The notes beneath the pieces were generated by a model. It saw nothing but the letters and a program-made list of their open reading frames with translations. It did not search any database and was not told the DNA's origin. Shown piece after piece: positions 24,544 through 36,221 of a DNA stretch of 42,745 nt. Every line of letters begins with the position of its first letter. The stretch's first letter is position 1. Source of the stretch: Octopus bimaculoides (Eukaryota). The position numbers and the translations under genes were made by a program. The stretch lies in contig NC_068993.1 in NCBI RefSeq assembly GCF_001194135.2, positions 42,692,470 through 42,735,214 of the forward strand. Reading direction: 5' to 3'.

Positions 24544-24988
24544 GAGAAGAGAAACTGCACAATTGTGGAAATTAGCTGCCCAGTGGATCTTAACATAAAG
24601 CTGAAGATCAGTGAAAAAGAGAATACCTATGCTGAATTACTGAGAAATCTGCAGTTAATCAATCCAGATTACAAATTCAGGCTTCTCAAAACCAGAAAGG
24701 AGAAAGCGAATTCGAAGACTACAGATCCAATCCATCACTGGAACTGTAAATATCTTCAAAATTTTCCAGAAGTTTTTCATTCAAATATATATGCGCATGT
24801 CTAGATATGCAACTATATGCATGAGAATATATACATAAGACATGCAAATTTGCACATACATACATACATACATAAAACAAACAAAATACCCCGTTGCTGA
24901 TGTTGAAATTCCAATGGAGGAACCTTGGATCTAGGTTAGAAACCGGTTCTTTCTCTATTGAGAAATCTTGAAATTAACTGAATAATGA
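24544..24988 (+). mobile_element. 5'-truncated, internally deleted R4/Dong-like (RLE) LINE fragment
   Basis: EKRNCTIVEISCPVDLNIKLKISEKENTYAELLRNLQLINPDYKFR, then a deletion/frameshift to GFSKPERRKRIRRLQIQSITGTVNIFKIFQKF. The xExSCP...K...Y motif is typical of the restriction-like endonuclease C-terminus. The 3'UTR ends AATAATGA before (CATA)n. Confidence 0.88.
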
Positions 24989-25073
24989 CATACATACATA
25001 GAAACATACATACACACATATACATAGATGCAGATATAGATATATAGATATATAGACATATATATATATATAT

Positions 25074-25124
<51 letters not shown>

Positions 25125-25649
25125 TACATATATATATACATACATACATACTTACATACATATATACATGTGTGTATGTACGTGTATCTATCTATGCATA
25201 TATGTATGTATACTTTGACATGTTGAGGAGCAGTATCAAACATAGATTTGAGAGAAAGAGACTGCATTATTATATCATATAATCAGTCATAGTCAAATAT
25301 ATTAATGACATGTGTGAAATTCAAAACTTTGTAGAATTACCTGATTACCATGCCGATAACATATGATATCCTTATCAAACATCATTAAAGCAAACAGTTA
25401 ATATACGATCAAATTAGCTAAAAAGTACCCTAAAAAGGTTGTCTGTTATAGTAATTAGATCTATTGATAATGATACCCTTTCACTCCTTCACTCTGCTCG
25501 GAAGATCTACACTGGCGCCTTAAAGAGCGAGTATATAACAAGAAAGAGATTCCAATAGAAAAATTTAACTCTTTCTAAAAATATGAAATGAGATGAATTT
25601 ATTTTAATCTGCCATACAACACAAAATTTCGTATATAGATATAAGAGAA

Positions 25650-26090
25650 AGCATGGCTATGTGGTAAAAAGTTTGCTTCTCAACCACATGGTTCTGAGTT
25701 CAGTCTAACACCCTAACAGCTTGAGCAAGTATTTCATATATAATTCTTTGCTGAGCAAAGACTTGTGAGTGGATTTGATAAACAGAAACTGAAAGAATTA
25801 CGGGGTATGTATGTATATATGTATATGTGCGTGTCTGTATGTCTGCATGCATGCGCGTATGTGTGTATGTATCCATGTATGCATATATAGATATATACAT
25901 ATATTATATATGTGTGTGCGTTTGTCCACTATCAAAGCCTGTCGCTTTACCTCCCTATAGCTTAGCTGTTCGCCAAGAGACCGTTGGAATATTTTCAAGG
26001 TTAAAAAAATTAATTACTGGGAGTCGATTTGTGCGACTAAATACTTCTAGACGGCGCCCCAGTATGTGTATGGTCACTGTAAGTTAGTTG
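25650..26090 (+). mobile_element. SINE family B
   Basis: GCATGGCTATGTGGTAAAAAGTTTGCTTCTCAACCACATGGTTCTGAGTTCAGTC head; GAAACTGAAAGAA; GGCGCCCCAGTATG tail region. Confidence 0.85.
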
Positions 26091-26300
26091 ACGTTGAATC
26101 AAACTGTTATATGTGTGCGTGTGACTGTTTTTGTGTACGTGTATGTGTATATGTATATATGTATATATGTATGCATCCATGTAAGTATGCTAGCTGGTTT
26201 GCATGTATGTATGGATATAATGGATATATGTATGTGCGTACGTATGTAGAATTCTTGAGTACATTTTAGTACTACTTAAAGATTTACCTCTTTCTCCCAG

Positions 26301-26700
26301 GTATCATGAAATTCAATTTCACAATAAAACGGTTAAGTGTTATAGACAAACAACAGGTGAAATGAAAGGTTCAAGAATGTGTTCCATACATTGCGAAGAT
26401 ATGTCTCCGGCAGCCGAGGTTATATATATGCACATACACGTGTTTGTTCGTGCCGAAGCAACATTTCTGAAGAAATCTGACAGATGCTCAGCATGCATGT
26501 CATCCGCCATGGTTTACGTCACCGATAATATCCCATGGAAAGCCCACCGATTTGGACGGAGGCATCTTGGCACCTATGTCATCACCGCCATGACTTGTCA
26601 GAACGCAAAACGCTGGCCCGAATACTGCGGGGAATCTTGCCTGAACCTCCACCAGTGCGCGAATCTACCGGCCTGGATTTGTGCAACATTATTATCCTAG
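26301..26700 (+). other. GC-enriched island with an acceptor site and a 133-codon open frame
   Basis: Acceptor TTTACCTCTTTCTCCCAG|G at 26300. The frame 26302-26700 is stop-free (YHEIQFHNK...TCQNAKRWPEYCGESCLNLHQCANLPAWICATLLS*). No family recognised. Confidence 0.2.
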
Positions 26701-26878
26701 AATTGATAGCATACCGGACTAAATGCTTCGTTGCTTTTCATCCGGATTTACGCTCGGAGTTCAAATTCCGTAGAGGTCGACTTTGCCTTTCATCCTTCAA
26801 AGGTCGATAAATTAAGTCGATGTAAGCAACTAAGCCCCCTCCCCACCAATTTCAGGCGTTGTGATTATAGTAGAAAGG

Positions 26879-26938
<60 letters not shown>

Positions 26939-27155
26939 TAGCTCGCCAGGAAACATGCTTAACAACATTTCGTCTGCCTTTACGTTCCAAGTTCAAATTT
27001 CACCGTTGTCGACTTTGCTTTTCAGCCTTTTGGGGCTGACAAATTAAGTACCAGTTGAAGACTGCGGTCGATGTAATCGACTAGTCCCATTTCCCTACTT
27101 GTTGCCCTTGTGGCAAAAATTGAAACCATTATTATTATTATTATTATTATTATTA
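26700..27155 (+). mobile_element. Two tandem family A SINEs, each followed by (ATT)n
   Basis: GAGTTCAAATTCCGTAGAGGTCGACTTTGCCTTTCATCC (about 26757) and AAGTTCAAATTTCACCGTTGTCGACTTTGCTTTTCAGCC (about 26990). (ATT)n at about 26878-26938 and 27128-27155. Confidence 0.88.
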
Positions 27156-27517
27156 TAACAATTTAATAAAATTCAATATCAAATATAGATATAATATTTG
27201 TGGAAAACAAGTTCATTTGATTACCACTTGTAGGTCATAATTAATTCAGAGTAGTTTGTACCTGGGATATAATTAGCAAACTATTTCTATCATTTAGAAA
27301 ACAGACCAGGTTCTTAATTAAATTAATTAGATACTCTTCCATTAGGAAATCTCCATGATTTTATAATTAAGCTCATTTAATACATTCACATATTCATAAA
27401 AACACTTGCATCCAATAACATATTTATTCGCACACTCACATTCACACACTTTTTCTTACTAACTGTTCCTGCCATGAACAGCCCCTCTGGCTTTTCATAT
27501 GTGATGTATCTTAGATT

Positions 27518-28345
27518 ACATTTACTAATATGAGGTGTTATCGAAAAGTTCCCGATTGCACGCGCTCTGATTGTCACGGTTCAACGGAAATTTGTGCGCC
27601 GCTGACGATCATTGGCAGCTAGACTACCGTGTCACTCAACAAATAGCCTTCATGTTATTTATACGTATTCAGTTATGATATGAGAGTTTGTAACGTAGTG
27701 GCAGAACGGTGCTGCAGCTTTTACAATGGTTATTAAATTCGAGCATTTTTCTAACATCCAATTTGCATAAAGCTCAGCAATCGAAATATTTGTTTGCTTC
27801 GTTTATTATTCATTTATTTATTATATGTTAATACCATGGGCGTTTTGAGGTCAATCAAGTATCAGTTCAAGTCGATGAGCATTCGGGGTGACCCAAAGGT
27901 CAGACAATTTGCATACTTCATTTTTCAATCACATAGCAAGGGATTCGTATCGTCTTCCATTAGGATAGGCGCCTAATAATCCATCAACACCTTTTGACTA
28001 AAAAAAATGGCGTCGATCCACGTCCTTCATTCTCACCAAACATTCTATAATATTACGCTGTCTCCCAAAATGAAACTGAAGTTGAAATAACGCCACATAC
28101 ATTCAAGACGGTATATACATTTAGACTGAATGAAAAACAGCACTGGACGCCTTTAACGTGAAAAAAAAAAAAATCCGGTCCATTGGAGAAGTAGAAGATG
28201 CGTTGAGATCGATGAGTATTTTCCAAAATGGACTGCATCATAAAGAGTCGAGCTTGAATAGATATAATATATAAAGACAAAACAATATTTACTGAAGCAT
28301 AGATGTACAAAACCTGGTCTGAGAAACTTCTGACACATGCCCGTA
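27518..28345 (+). mobile_element. Internally deleted, decayed mariner-like element
   Basis: The ends TATGAGGTGTTATCGAAAAGTTCCCG and (reverse complement) TACGGGCATGTGTCAGAAGTTTCTCAG resemble TACGAGG-type mariner TIRs. A residual C-terminal peptide reads LSPKMKLKLK*R..I*TE*KTALDAF. Confidence 0.55.
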
Positions 28346-28701
28346 TGTATTTCCCTTATAATTCAAAGAGACAGGTTTGATTAATATTTCTTTCAATAAA
28401 AGTAAACAAACACAGAAAAAATAAAGATATATTTTTTTTGTTATTGTTGGTGTAATTGTTGTAAATTAAAGATTGGAACATTTTCAATATTTAATTGTGA
28501 TTTTAATGTAAAAAAAAAACTGCAACAAATACAATCAAACAATCGGAAAAGAAAAAAAAAAGAAAGAAATTATAAAAATTAATTATTGAAGAATTCATTT
28601 CAGTATTTATATGTTGATGTTATGTTTTTGGCTATAACCTTATTTAGAATTTCTTCTTATACACAAACACACACTCACACATACACATATAGAGAGATAT
28701 T

Positions 28702-28735
<34 letters not shown>

Positions 28736-28740
28736 TATAT

Positions 28741-29113
28741 NNNNNNNNNNNNNNNNNNNNNNNNNNNNNNNNNNNNNNNNNNNNNNNNNNNNNNNNNNNN
28801 NNNNNNNNNNNNNNNNNNNNNNNNNNNNNNNNNNNNNNNNNNNNNNNNNNNNNNNNNNNNNNNNNNNNNNNNNNNNNNNNNNNNNNNNNNNNNNNNNNNN
28901 NNNNNNNNNNNNNNNNNNNNNNNNNNNNNNNNNNNNNNNNNNNNNNNNNNNNNNNNNNNNNNNNNNNNNNNNNNNNNNNNNNNNNNNNNNNNNNNNNNNN
29001 NNNNNNNNNNNNNNNNNNNNNNNNNNNNNNNNNNNNNNNNNNNNNNNNNNNNNNNNNNNNNNNNNNNNNNNNNNNNNNNNNNNNNNNNNNNNNNNNNNNN
29101 NNNNNNNNNNNNN
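28741..29113. other. Assembly gap (N run)
   Basis: N run inside (TA)n. Confidence 1.
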
Positions 29114-29145
<32 letters not shown>

Positions 29146-29646
29146 CGTACATATCTATCTATTTATCTAACTATCTGTGTGTCTATGCACGTGTGTAGGC
29201 ATGCATATTTATGCGTCTATATACGTGTATGTGTGTTTGTATGTATGTATATGCTTGTGTATGACATTGAAAACCCATAATATAGAGTAAATATATATAC
29301 CAACACTTTAGGTAGCCTTTCTATTGTCTCATTCAAATTCCAAAAGAAAATTATGATTAATATTTCTATTGCTGCTTACCTTTATATATTTGCGTATGCG
29401 TACATGCATACAAACACATACATACATAGATACATACATACATACACACACACATACATACATACATACATACATACATACATACATACATACATACATA
29501 CATACATACATACGTGATTGTATATAGGCATATGCAATCGAATGCTTGTAATGTTTCATAACTTTTATATATGTTACCAATATCTATTTCCCGTTGCAAG
29601 AAGCCATAACCTCTTTCATTTTTCAAATCGTATGACAAGAACTTAC

Positions 29647-29802
29647 CTGCTAACTACACATATAAAAGATACAGTCCTTGTATTAGAATAATGCTTGACA
29701 AATATCTACGCCTTAGATTCCCAGGTTTAGTAAGCATTCCACTGCAGTTGTCATTGACAGCACAAATACAAGAAGTAAAAAACAGTAAAAATCTGACGCC
29801 AT
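29647..29802 (-). other. First-exon-like segment: signal-peptide smORF plus a strong splice donor
   Basis: AAAAATGGCG start at 29802 encoding MASDFYCFLLLVFVLSMTTAVECLLNLGI* (stop 29713-29715). Donor CAG|GTAAGT at 29647/29646. Confidence 0.3.
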
Positions 29803-30329
29803 TTTTAGAAAGTAAAGAAACATGAGGTCATCGTACATTTTGAATCTATGATTAAATATTTGCCTCTCTATTTAACTATGCCAGTCATTATTTATATTTG
29901 AGTAATTTCCATCGACATAGGTGGACAGGGAATCAAAATAAACTTATAATTTTCTACAAGTGTTCATGCTGTTAGATAATAACATTTTCAGAAAGCGGGA
30001 AAGAAATTTGTCAACCTCCGCAGTAGCTTTCCTGTTATTAATGGAGTATCAACAATCAGACATTTCCAGCCATACTGGTTCGCTTTAGTAGCATTATGAA
30101 AAATCGTTGCCAAATAAAGATCAATGGGGTACTGTAAGTATTTACGCATCTATATGCTTACTGATTGTGCGAAAGTACAGCAATCATTTACCTTCTCATT
30201 GCCCTGGAAGGTTGACTGTTCATAAGGAATACACAAACGCTTATAATATACAAAGATGCAGCCATGTAGTTTTGGGTTCAGTACCACTTTGCGCACATTT
30301 GGGCAGACATCTTTGCTATAGCCCTGGTC

Positions 30330-30740
30330 CGACCAATGCCGGACGCAAACTGTGTGAATTAACCCGTCGCTTACGCATATATGTGTGTGTCTGGGTGAAT
30401 GTGTGTGTGTCAGGGTGTATGTTTGTGAATATGGCTGTGTTTAAGGGTATGTGTATGCTGCGTGTCTATGTGAGTATGGGCGTGTACGCTGTGTGTGTGT
30501 GTGTGTGTGTATGCGTATGTGTGTGTTTGTGTATTTGTTTGTGTCTGTGTGATGCAAGATTTTGTGTTTTTCCCCACACCACTTGCCAGTTTTGGCTGGT
30601 TATCTAGTAGTTCGGCAAAAGAGAACGACGGAATAAGTAACAGACACAAAACATAAGTACTACAGCTGATTAGACAAATTAATCCTTTACAGAGAATGCC
30701 GCAATATGGCCACAATCCAATAATTAAAACAATTATAGAT
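30330..30740 (+). mobile_element. SINE family B, 5'-truncated
   Basis: CTATAGCCCTGGTCCGACCAATGCC; internal (GT)n; AGTTCGGCAAAAGAGAACGACGGAATAAGT; tail GCCGCAATATGGCCACAATCCAAT. Confidence 0.75.
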
Positions 30741-30894
30741 AGAGAAAAAAGAAATCTGTGCATGCACATTCATGTTTACACCACACACACACAAATAAAC
30801 ATACATACAAACAGACACGTATATGCATGTATGTTTGTATGTTTATCTATTAATTGTATATATCTATTGTGTGTATGTCTATTACTTGTTTCAG

Positions 30895-31020
30895 TTTGTG
30901 AAATGTGAACTGTGACTTTGCTGGAGCAAATTGTGGATGGGATGAGGCAAGCAATTCGATACCAGCTTTTATTTATGGTCTTTCAATCCTGATACTCTTT
31001 CTGTTGGTCACTCTTTGTTG
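30895..31020 (+). pseudogene. MAM-domain N-terminal exon relic (disrupted)
   Basis: Acceptor TTACTTGTTTCAG| at 30894. Frame 30905-30991 reads VNCDFAGANCGWDEAS, which has the C-D-F-x4-C-G-W pattern and spacing of MAM domain starts. All three frames from the acceptor stop within 7 codons. Confidence 0.4.
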
Positions 31021-32639
31021 AACCGATGTACATAATACATTCGTATGTGTGCATATATGTACATATGCATGTACCCATACAAATTAGTACTCTGTACATA
31101 CGTACTTCTATATTCTGTTTATTAAACCACAAAACATTTTAAAACTACATTTCTTTTAAATAGCTGTTTCAATTAAGAATAAGAAAAACAGTTTAAAAGG
31201 AGAAAAGAAAATCTGTTTTGCAAATCTACATTAAAACATAAATGGAAACAGTCGAAGTGTGTAAAAACAATATTCACAATATTCCATTTTAAGACATGTA
31301 AATATCTTTTTTCACACATATTGTATGCACAACGTTTACACATATATTTACTCATCGTAGACGCACACACAAGCACACACACACACACTCATAAACGAAC
31401 ACAGACGCACACTCTCACACACACATACATACACATATCATATATATATATATGTATTTATGTATGTATGTATGTATGTATGTATGTACGTATGTATGTA
31501 TGCATGTGTGTGTATATGTGTGTGCATGTGTGTGTGTGTGTGTGTGTGTATTAATCTTTACATGGAAAAAGTTGACAGTGACTTCAATGCTTCGGCATGC
31601 TCGCTGTCATGACAGAGAATGATGACGGAGGTAAGCTGTCAAAAGACTGACAATGACTTCGAAGTACTTCTCAATCTTTTCCTTGTAAGATTGATACACG
31701 TGCATTTGTGCGCGCGTGTGCGTGTAGCTGTGTGTGTATGTGTGTGTGGGGTGTAGGTGTGTGTTTGCATATATTTACATGTTTGGGCATATGTATGTTG
31801 TATATGTATATGTGATGCCGATACTATGTATGAAAAAACGCCATTTAAATCGCATTCCATATGTATGTACAATATATGATTATGTACATATATACACTCA
31901 TATGTGTCTGTATACGTGTGTGCGTATGCGTGTTTGTGTGTGTATATATACATATATACATATATGCTTGTGAACGTATACATTTATACACACAAACATA
32001 CATACATACATACATACATACATCCATATATACATACATACATGCACACATTTACATGTCTGTGTGTGTGTACATTTAAATAGTTGCTGCCAGAAGAGAT
32101 GTTTTGTGCAAGAGCTCGTGAAATTTTTTCATGAAGCCATATTCCATTTCGCCATTCTTCGGTTTAACCCAAAAGTCAGATAAAAACCAATCTGACAAAG
32201 GAGAGAAACACTATTACTGTCAAAATAAATAGCATGTAAATTAAAATTTGTAGGTGACTTATATTTGGTATTTTACATTTGCTGATAAGGAGGCAGAATC
32301 CGAAAAATAGTGCAGGTTAGGGCATGACTTGTGACAAAAGAATCCACCTTGATGGTATCCCCAAAGTAGACAGTGTTCTCTATTCCAAGGTTATAAAATC
32401 TTCCCATCTGTCTTCTGCCATTTTTAAGAGCCAAAACAATTCCTAAGAGATGAGATATTGATTTAGTCAAATGACCGTTTCATTATCCTGTTATCTCGAA
32501 TGTCACAGTAACCTATCGTGGCTACGTTGTATGAGTGTTCATGTTACCCAAGAAATTAATACAGCTTACACAACGATATTTGCATGAGTCACAAATATCA
32601 GGATCCATTCTTGCTGTATCTGCTATTTGTAATTCATCG

Positions 32640-33100
32640 ACGTTTAGTAAAATAACGTTTGCCATTGACGTCATTAATCCATTTACGCGGATGTCAGCTA
32701 GAATTAAACTGTTAGGTTTATATCATAGAAACAGCAAACCACTTTCTTTACTTCGGCTAATTCGAATGTATCTTTTAGTTCTGATTGTCTCCCCTGTTAA
32801 AGTCACAGCAAGAGTAAAATTATCTTTGCAACTATCGGGATTGATCCATTCAGCTGCATGTGTGCACTGAAAGGCTAATTTACAAACCGACAGGTTTATA
32901 TCTTATGAAATAGCAACCCACTTCTTTCGTCTTACTTTATTTGAAATTACTTCTTGGCTCAGAATTGTCTACCCTGTTAAAGCCACCTTAACAATAAAAT
33001 AATATTTGCTACGGACGTCATTGGTCGCAGTTGGTTAACCACAACGAGGCTAACAACAAACTGTCAATTTTTAATTTTAGAAACAGCATCCAGCGTTCAG
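32640..33100. repeat. Degenerate tandem repeat, about 175-180 bp period, about 2.5-3 units
   Basis: ATTGTCTCCCCTGTTAAAGTCAC (32784) versus ATTGTCTACCCTGTTAAAGCCAC (32964); GCTAG/GCTAA...AGAAACAGCA/GAAATAGCA blocks at about 32698, 32874 and 33049; GACGTCATT at 32667 and 33014. Confidence 0.75.
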
Positions 33101-34199
33101 ATTTGTCTGCTCCTTTCAAACGAACGCGTTCGTTAATATAATGTCTGCATCTGCCGGCATTACCCTTGCTTTGCGTTACCAGAAGGTTCCTCCTTGTTCA
33201 GATGAGGCTACCCTGACCAATAGAATTTGGCCGAAAGAAAGAATGCGGTTCTTTAGAAACCAAGATATATGGGGGATGCTATAAAACAAAACAATGAAAG
33301 TTTTTTACAGCTACAGAGACCCCAAACAGCGATTACGCAATAGCAAAGTAATTTTATATCGAGACAAGATTTGACGAATCAACGTAACATGCTGTGTCTA
33401 GTTTTTGTTTCACTAGCAAAATCAATTAAAAGATCGATAAACGTTAAAGTAGGACTGCTTCTTGAAAGATAAATCAATTTTGGCATCAACCGACAAACTT
33501 TTAAGAATATTAAAAAAAAATACTTAATGCTATTTTGTCATCAATATTTTTATACAGACTTCGTAAATTTTGTATCTTTGTCGAGATAGTCACTCGAATG
33601 CAAAAGATGCTTAATGTTATTTCTGAGAAGCAACGGGCTATGTGTTTTGGCGTTCAATTATTGAAGTTTCTATCAGTAATATCTGAATATCTCTACTATG
33701 TTCTTTCAGATCGTTGAAACCGTGGTTAATGACACAAAATTCACATCTGGTGTCATTCATCTGTAGTCCGATGCGAAATAATTCTTTCAATAGGTTGAAA
33801 TTAGATAGATGGCCAAGCCGTTATTCACCAGGCCATATCTAAATAAACAGAAAGACAGGCAAAGTTTAGTGCTTGCATTTAAATCACCACAAATAACATT
33901 TTAAAAGAGTTTCACGCAGGCATTGTCTTTTCGCTATAATAAGGTTCCGGGTACGATCCAGTTAAGAGTCATTTTGAAAATATTTATACTTTACCGCAAC
34001 CAAGAGAGCGATGCAAGCTCAGTAAGTAAAATTATGTATTCTGTGCAAATGTCTTGGTCGCAGTACAATCTAGAAAGATATATTAAAGCAATTGTTTTTA
34101 ATTTAAGTAGAATAATATAGAGGTGGAACAAATAACGCAAGATATTTTGACAGAAGCTCAAACGAGTCTGGCAAATCACACCCTTAAAGATAACTGTCT

Positions 34200-35200
34200 C
34201 TAAATTAGATAAACGACCAGAAATTTTGAGGGGAGCGTGTTAGTCCATACCTTCGATCCAGCTATGGAGAAGGACATTATTTTATCGACCGCGAGTAAAG
34301 GAAAAGTCGAACCCGGCCGGATTTGAACTGCAAATACGAAGAACCGGTGTAAATACCGCAAAGAATTTTTCGAACGCTCTGACGATTCTGCTAGTGTACC
34401 ATCGTTAATAATAATTATTTATTTAGGAACGGGACCAGTAGGTTTTGACTGGAGGTATTCGTCGATCACATCGACGTCAGTGCATGACTGATACTTTATT
34501 TTATTGACCCCAATAAACGTTGACCACTGCGGTCTTTGAAGTGGAACAGTAAAGATTTCAAAGGATGCTGTAAGGCAGTTTGTATGATGGTCTAGCGATT
34601 CTGGTAATCCACTACCCACGGAGTTTAAAATTATAAAATAATTTTTCCTTTTGGTACAAAGCCAGCACTTTTGAGTGGAGGTGATTAATGAACACGGCTG
34701 ATCTTAATGCTTGACAGATTAGATATTTTATGGACGCCGAAGGATTGAAAGACAAAGTTGATCTCTGTGGGTTTGAACCCACAACGTAAAACCCTGGACA
34801 AATGCAAGTCATTTATTTCGACCCTCTAACTACTCAGCCAACTCGCCACCGTTTTAGTATTAGTCTTTAACATAGGCACAAGTCTAGAAACTTTAAACCG
34901 AGATTTAACTGATTATATCGCCCCCCCCCCATATAATTAGTATTTTATTTAAACGATCCCGAAAGTATGATAGACAGAATTGACGGTGCCTGGATTTGAA
35001 CTGGGAGTGCAAAAATTTGATAGAATCATCGATGCTTTAACGACTCAGCTAATCCATCATCCATGAAGAGTAACATAATAAGGAGGAGGTGGGGATTAGC
35101 TTCGCCCATGAAGTGGCACCTTTGCGTAGCATTTCAAGTAAGATAAAGTCGACCTTTACAACAAACACCTCTCAATTTCCAAAGCGATTTTCTATGCTGC
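34200..35200. mobile_element. Cluster of 4-5 family A-like SINE fragments in both orientations
   Basis: Repeated AAAGTCGA..GGATTTGAACT / GACAAAGTTGA..GGGTTTGAACCC / GGATTTGAACT motifs at about 34305, 34750 and 34990; GTACTTTATTTTATTGACCCC-like cores. Confidence 0.75.
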
Positions 35201-35945
35201 NNNNNNNNNNNNNNNNNNNNNNNNNNNNNNNNNNNNNNNNNNNNNNNNNNNNNNNNNNNNNNNNNNNNNNNNNNNNNNNNNNNNNNNNNNNNNNNNNNNN
35301 NNNNNNNNNNNNNNNNNNNNNNNNNNNNNNNNNNNNNNNNNNNNNNNNNNNNNNNNNNNNNNNNNNNNNNNNNNNNNNNNNNNNNNNNNNNNNNNNNNNN
35401 NNNNNNNNNNNNNNNNNNNNNNNNNNNNNNNNNNNNNNNNNNNNNNNNNNNNNNNNNNNNNNNNNNNNNNNNNNNNNNNNNNNNNNNNNNNNNNNNNNNN
35501 NNNNNNNNNNNNNNNNNNNNNNNNNNNNNNNNNNNNNNNNNNNNNNNNNNNNNNNNNNNNNNNNNNNNNNNNNNNNNNNNNNNNNNNNNNNNNNNNNNNN
35601 NNNNNNNNNNNNNNNNNNNNNNNNNNNNNNNNNNNNNNNNNNNNNNNNNNNNNNNNNNNNNNNNNNNNNNNNNNNNNNNNNNNNNNNNNNNNNNNNNNNN
35701 NNNNNNNNNNNNNNNNNNNNNNNNNNNNNNNNNNNNNNNNNNNNNNNNNNNNNNNNNNNNNNNNNNNNNNNNNNNNNNNNNNNNNNNNNNNNNNNNNNNN
35801 NNNNNNNNNNNNNNNNNNNNNNNNNNNNNNNNNNNNNNNNNNNNNNNNNNNNNNNNNNNNNNNNNNNNNNNNNNNNNNNNNNNNNNNNNNNNNNNNNNNN
35901 NNNNNNNNNNNNNNNNNNNNNNNNNNNNNNNNNNNNNNNNNNNNN
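35201..35945. other. Assembly gap (N run)
   Basis: N run. Confidence 1.
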
Positions 35946-36190
35946 TGTCTATTTCGTGACCGCGATGTGACCTGGAATAAAAAGAAAAGAAATGCAAATT
36001 CTTCAAGGATAGTCAAAAAATCGTAATATGATATAAAAGGAACAAGTTTTGTTAATTACCTGTCACCTAATTACTGAAACTCATTACGCAAGCTCAGTAT
36101 AATAGAGACAAACTTTATAAAAAAAATCAATATATATATATATATATATATATACAAACACATTCGTGGATATATATTCACTCATATACG

Positions 36191-36221
<31 letters not shown>

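Noticed and set aside
26878-27155. CRISPR-like or regularly spaced arrays
   Set aside because: These are two tandem SINEs with (ATT)n tails. There is no repeat-spacer structure and the context is eukaryotic.
31575-31645. Second MAM-like snippet (DFNASACSL) with a strong donor GAG|GTAAGC
   Set aside because: It contains an in-frame TGA, lacks the Cys before DF and the GW motif, and the frame reaching the donor is a different one.
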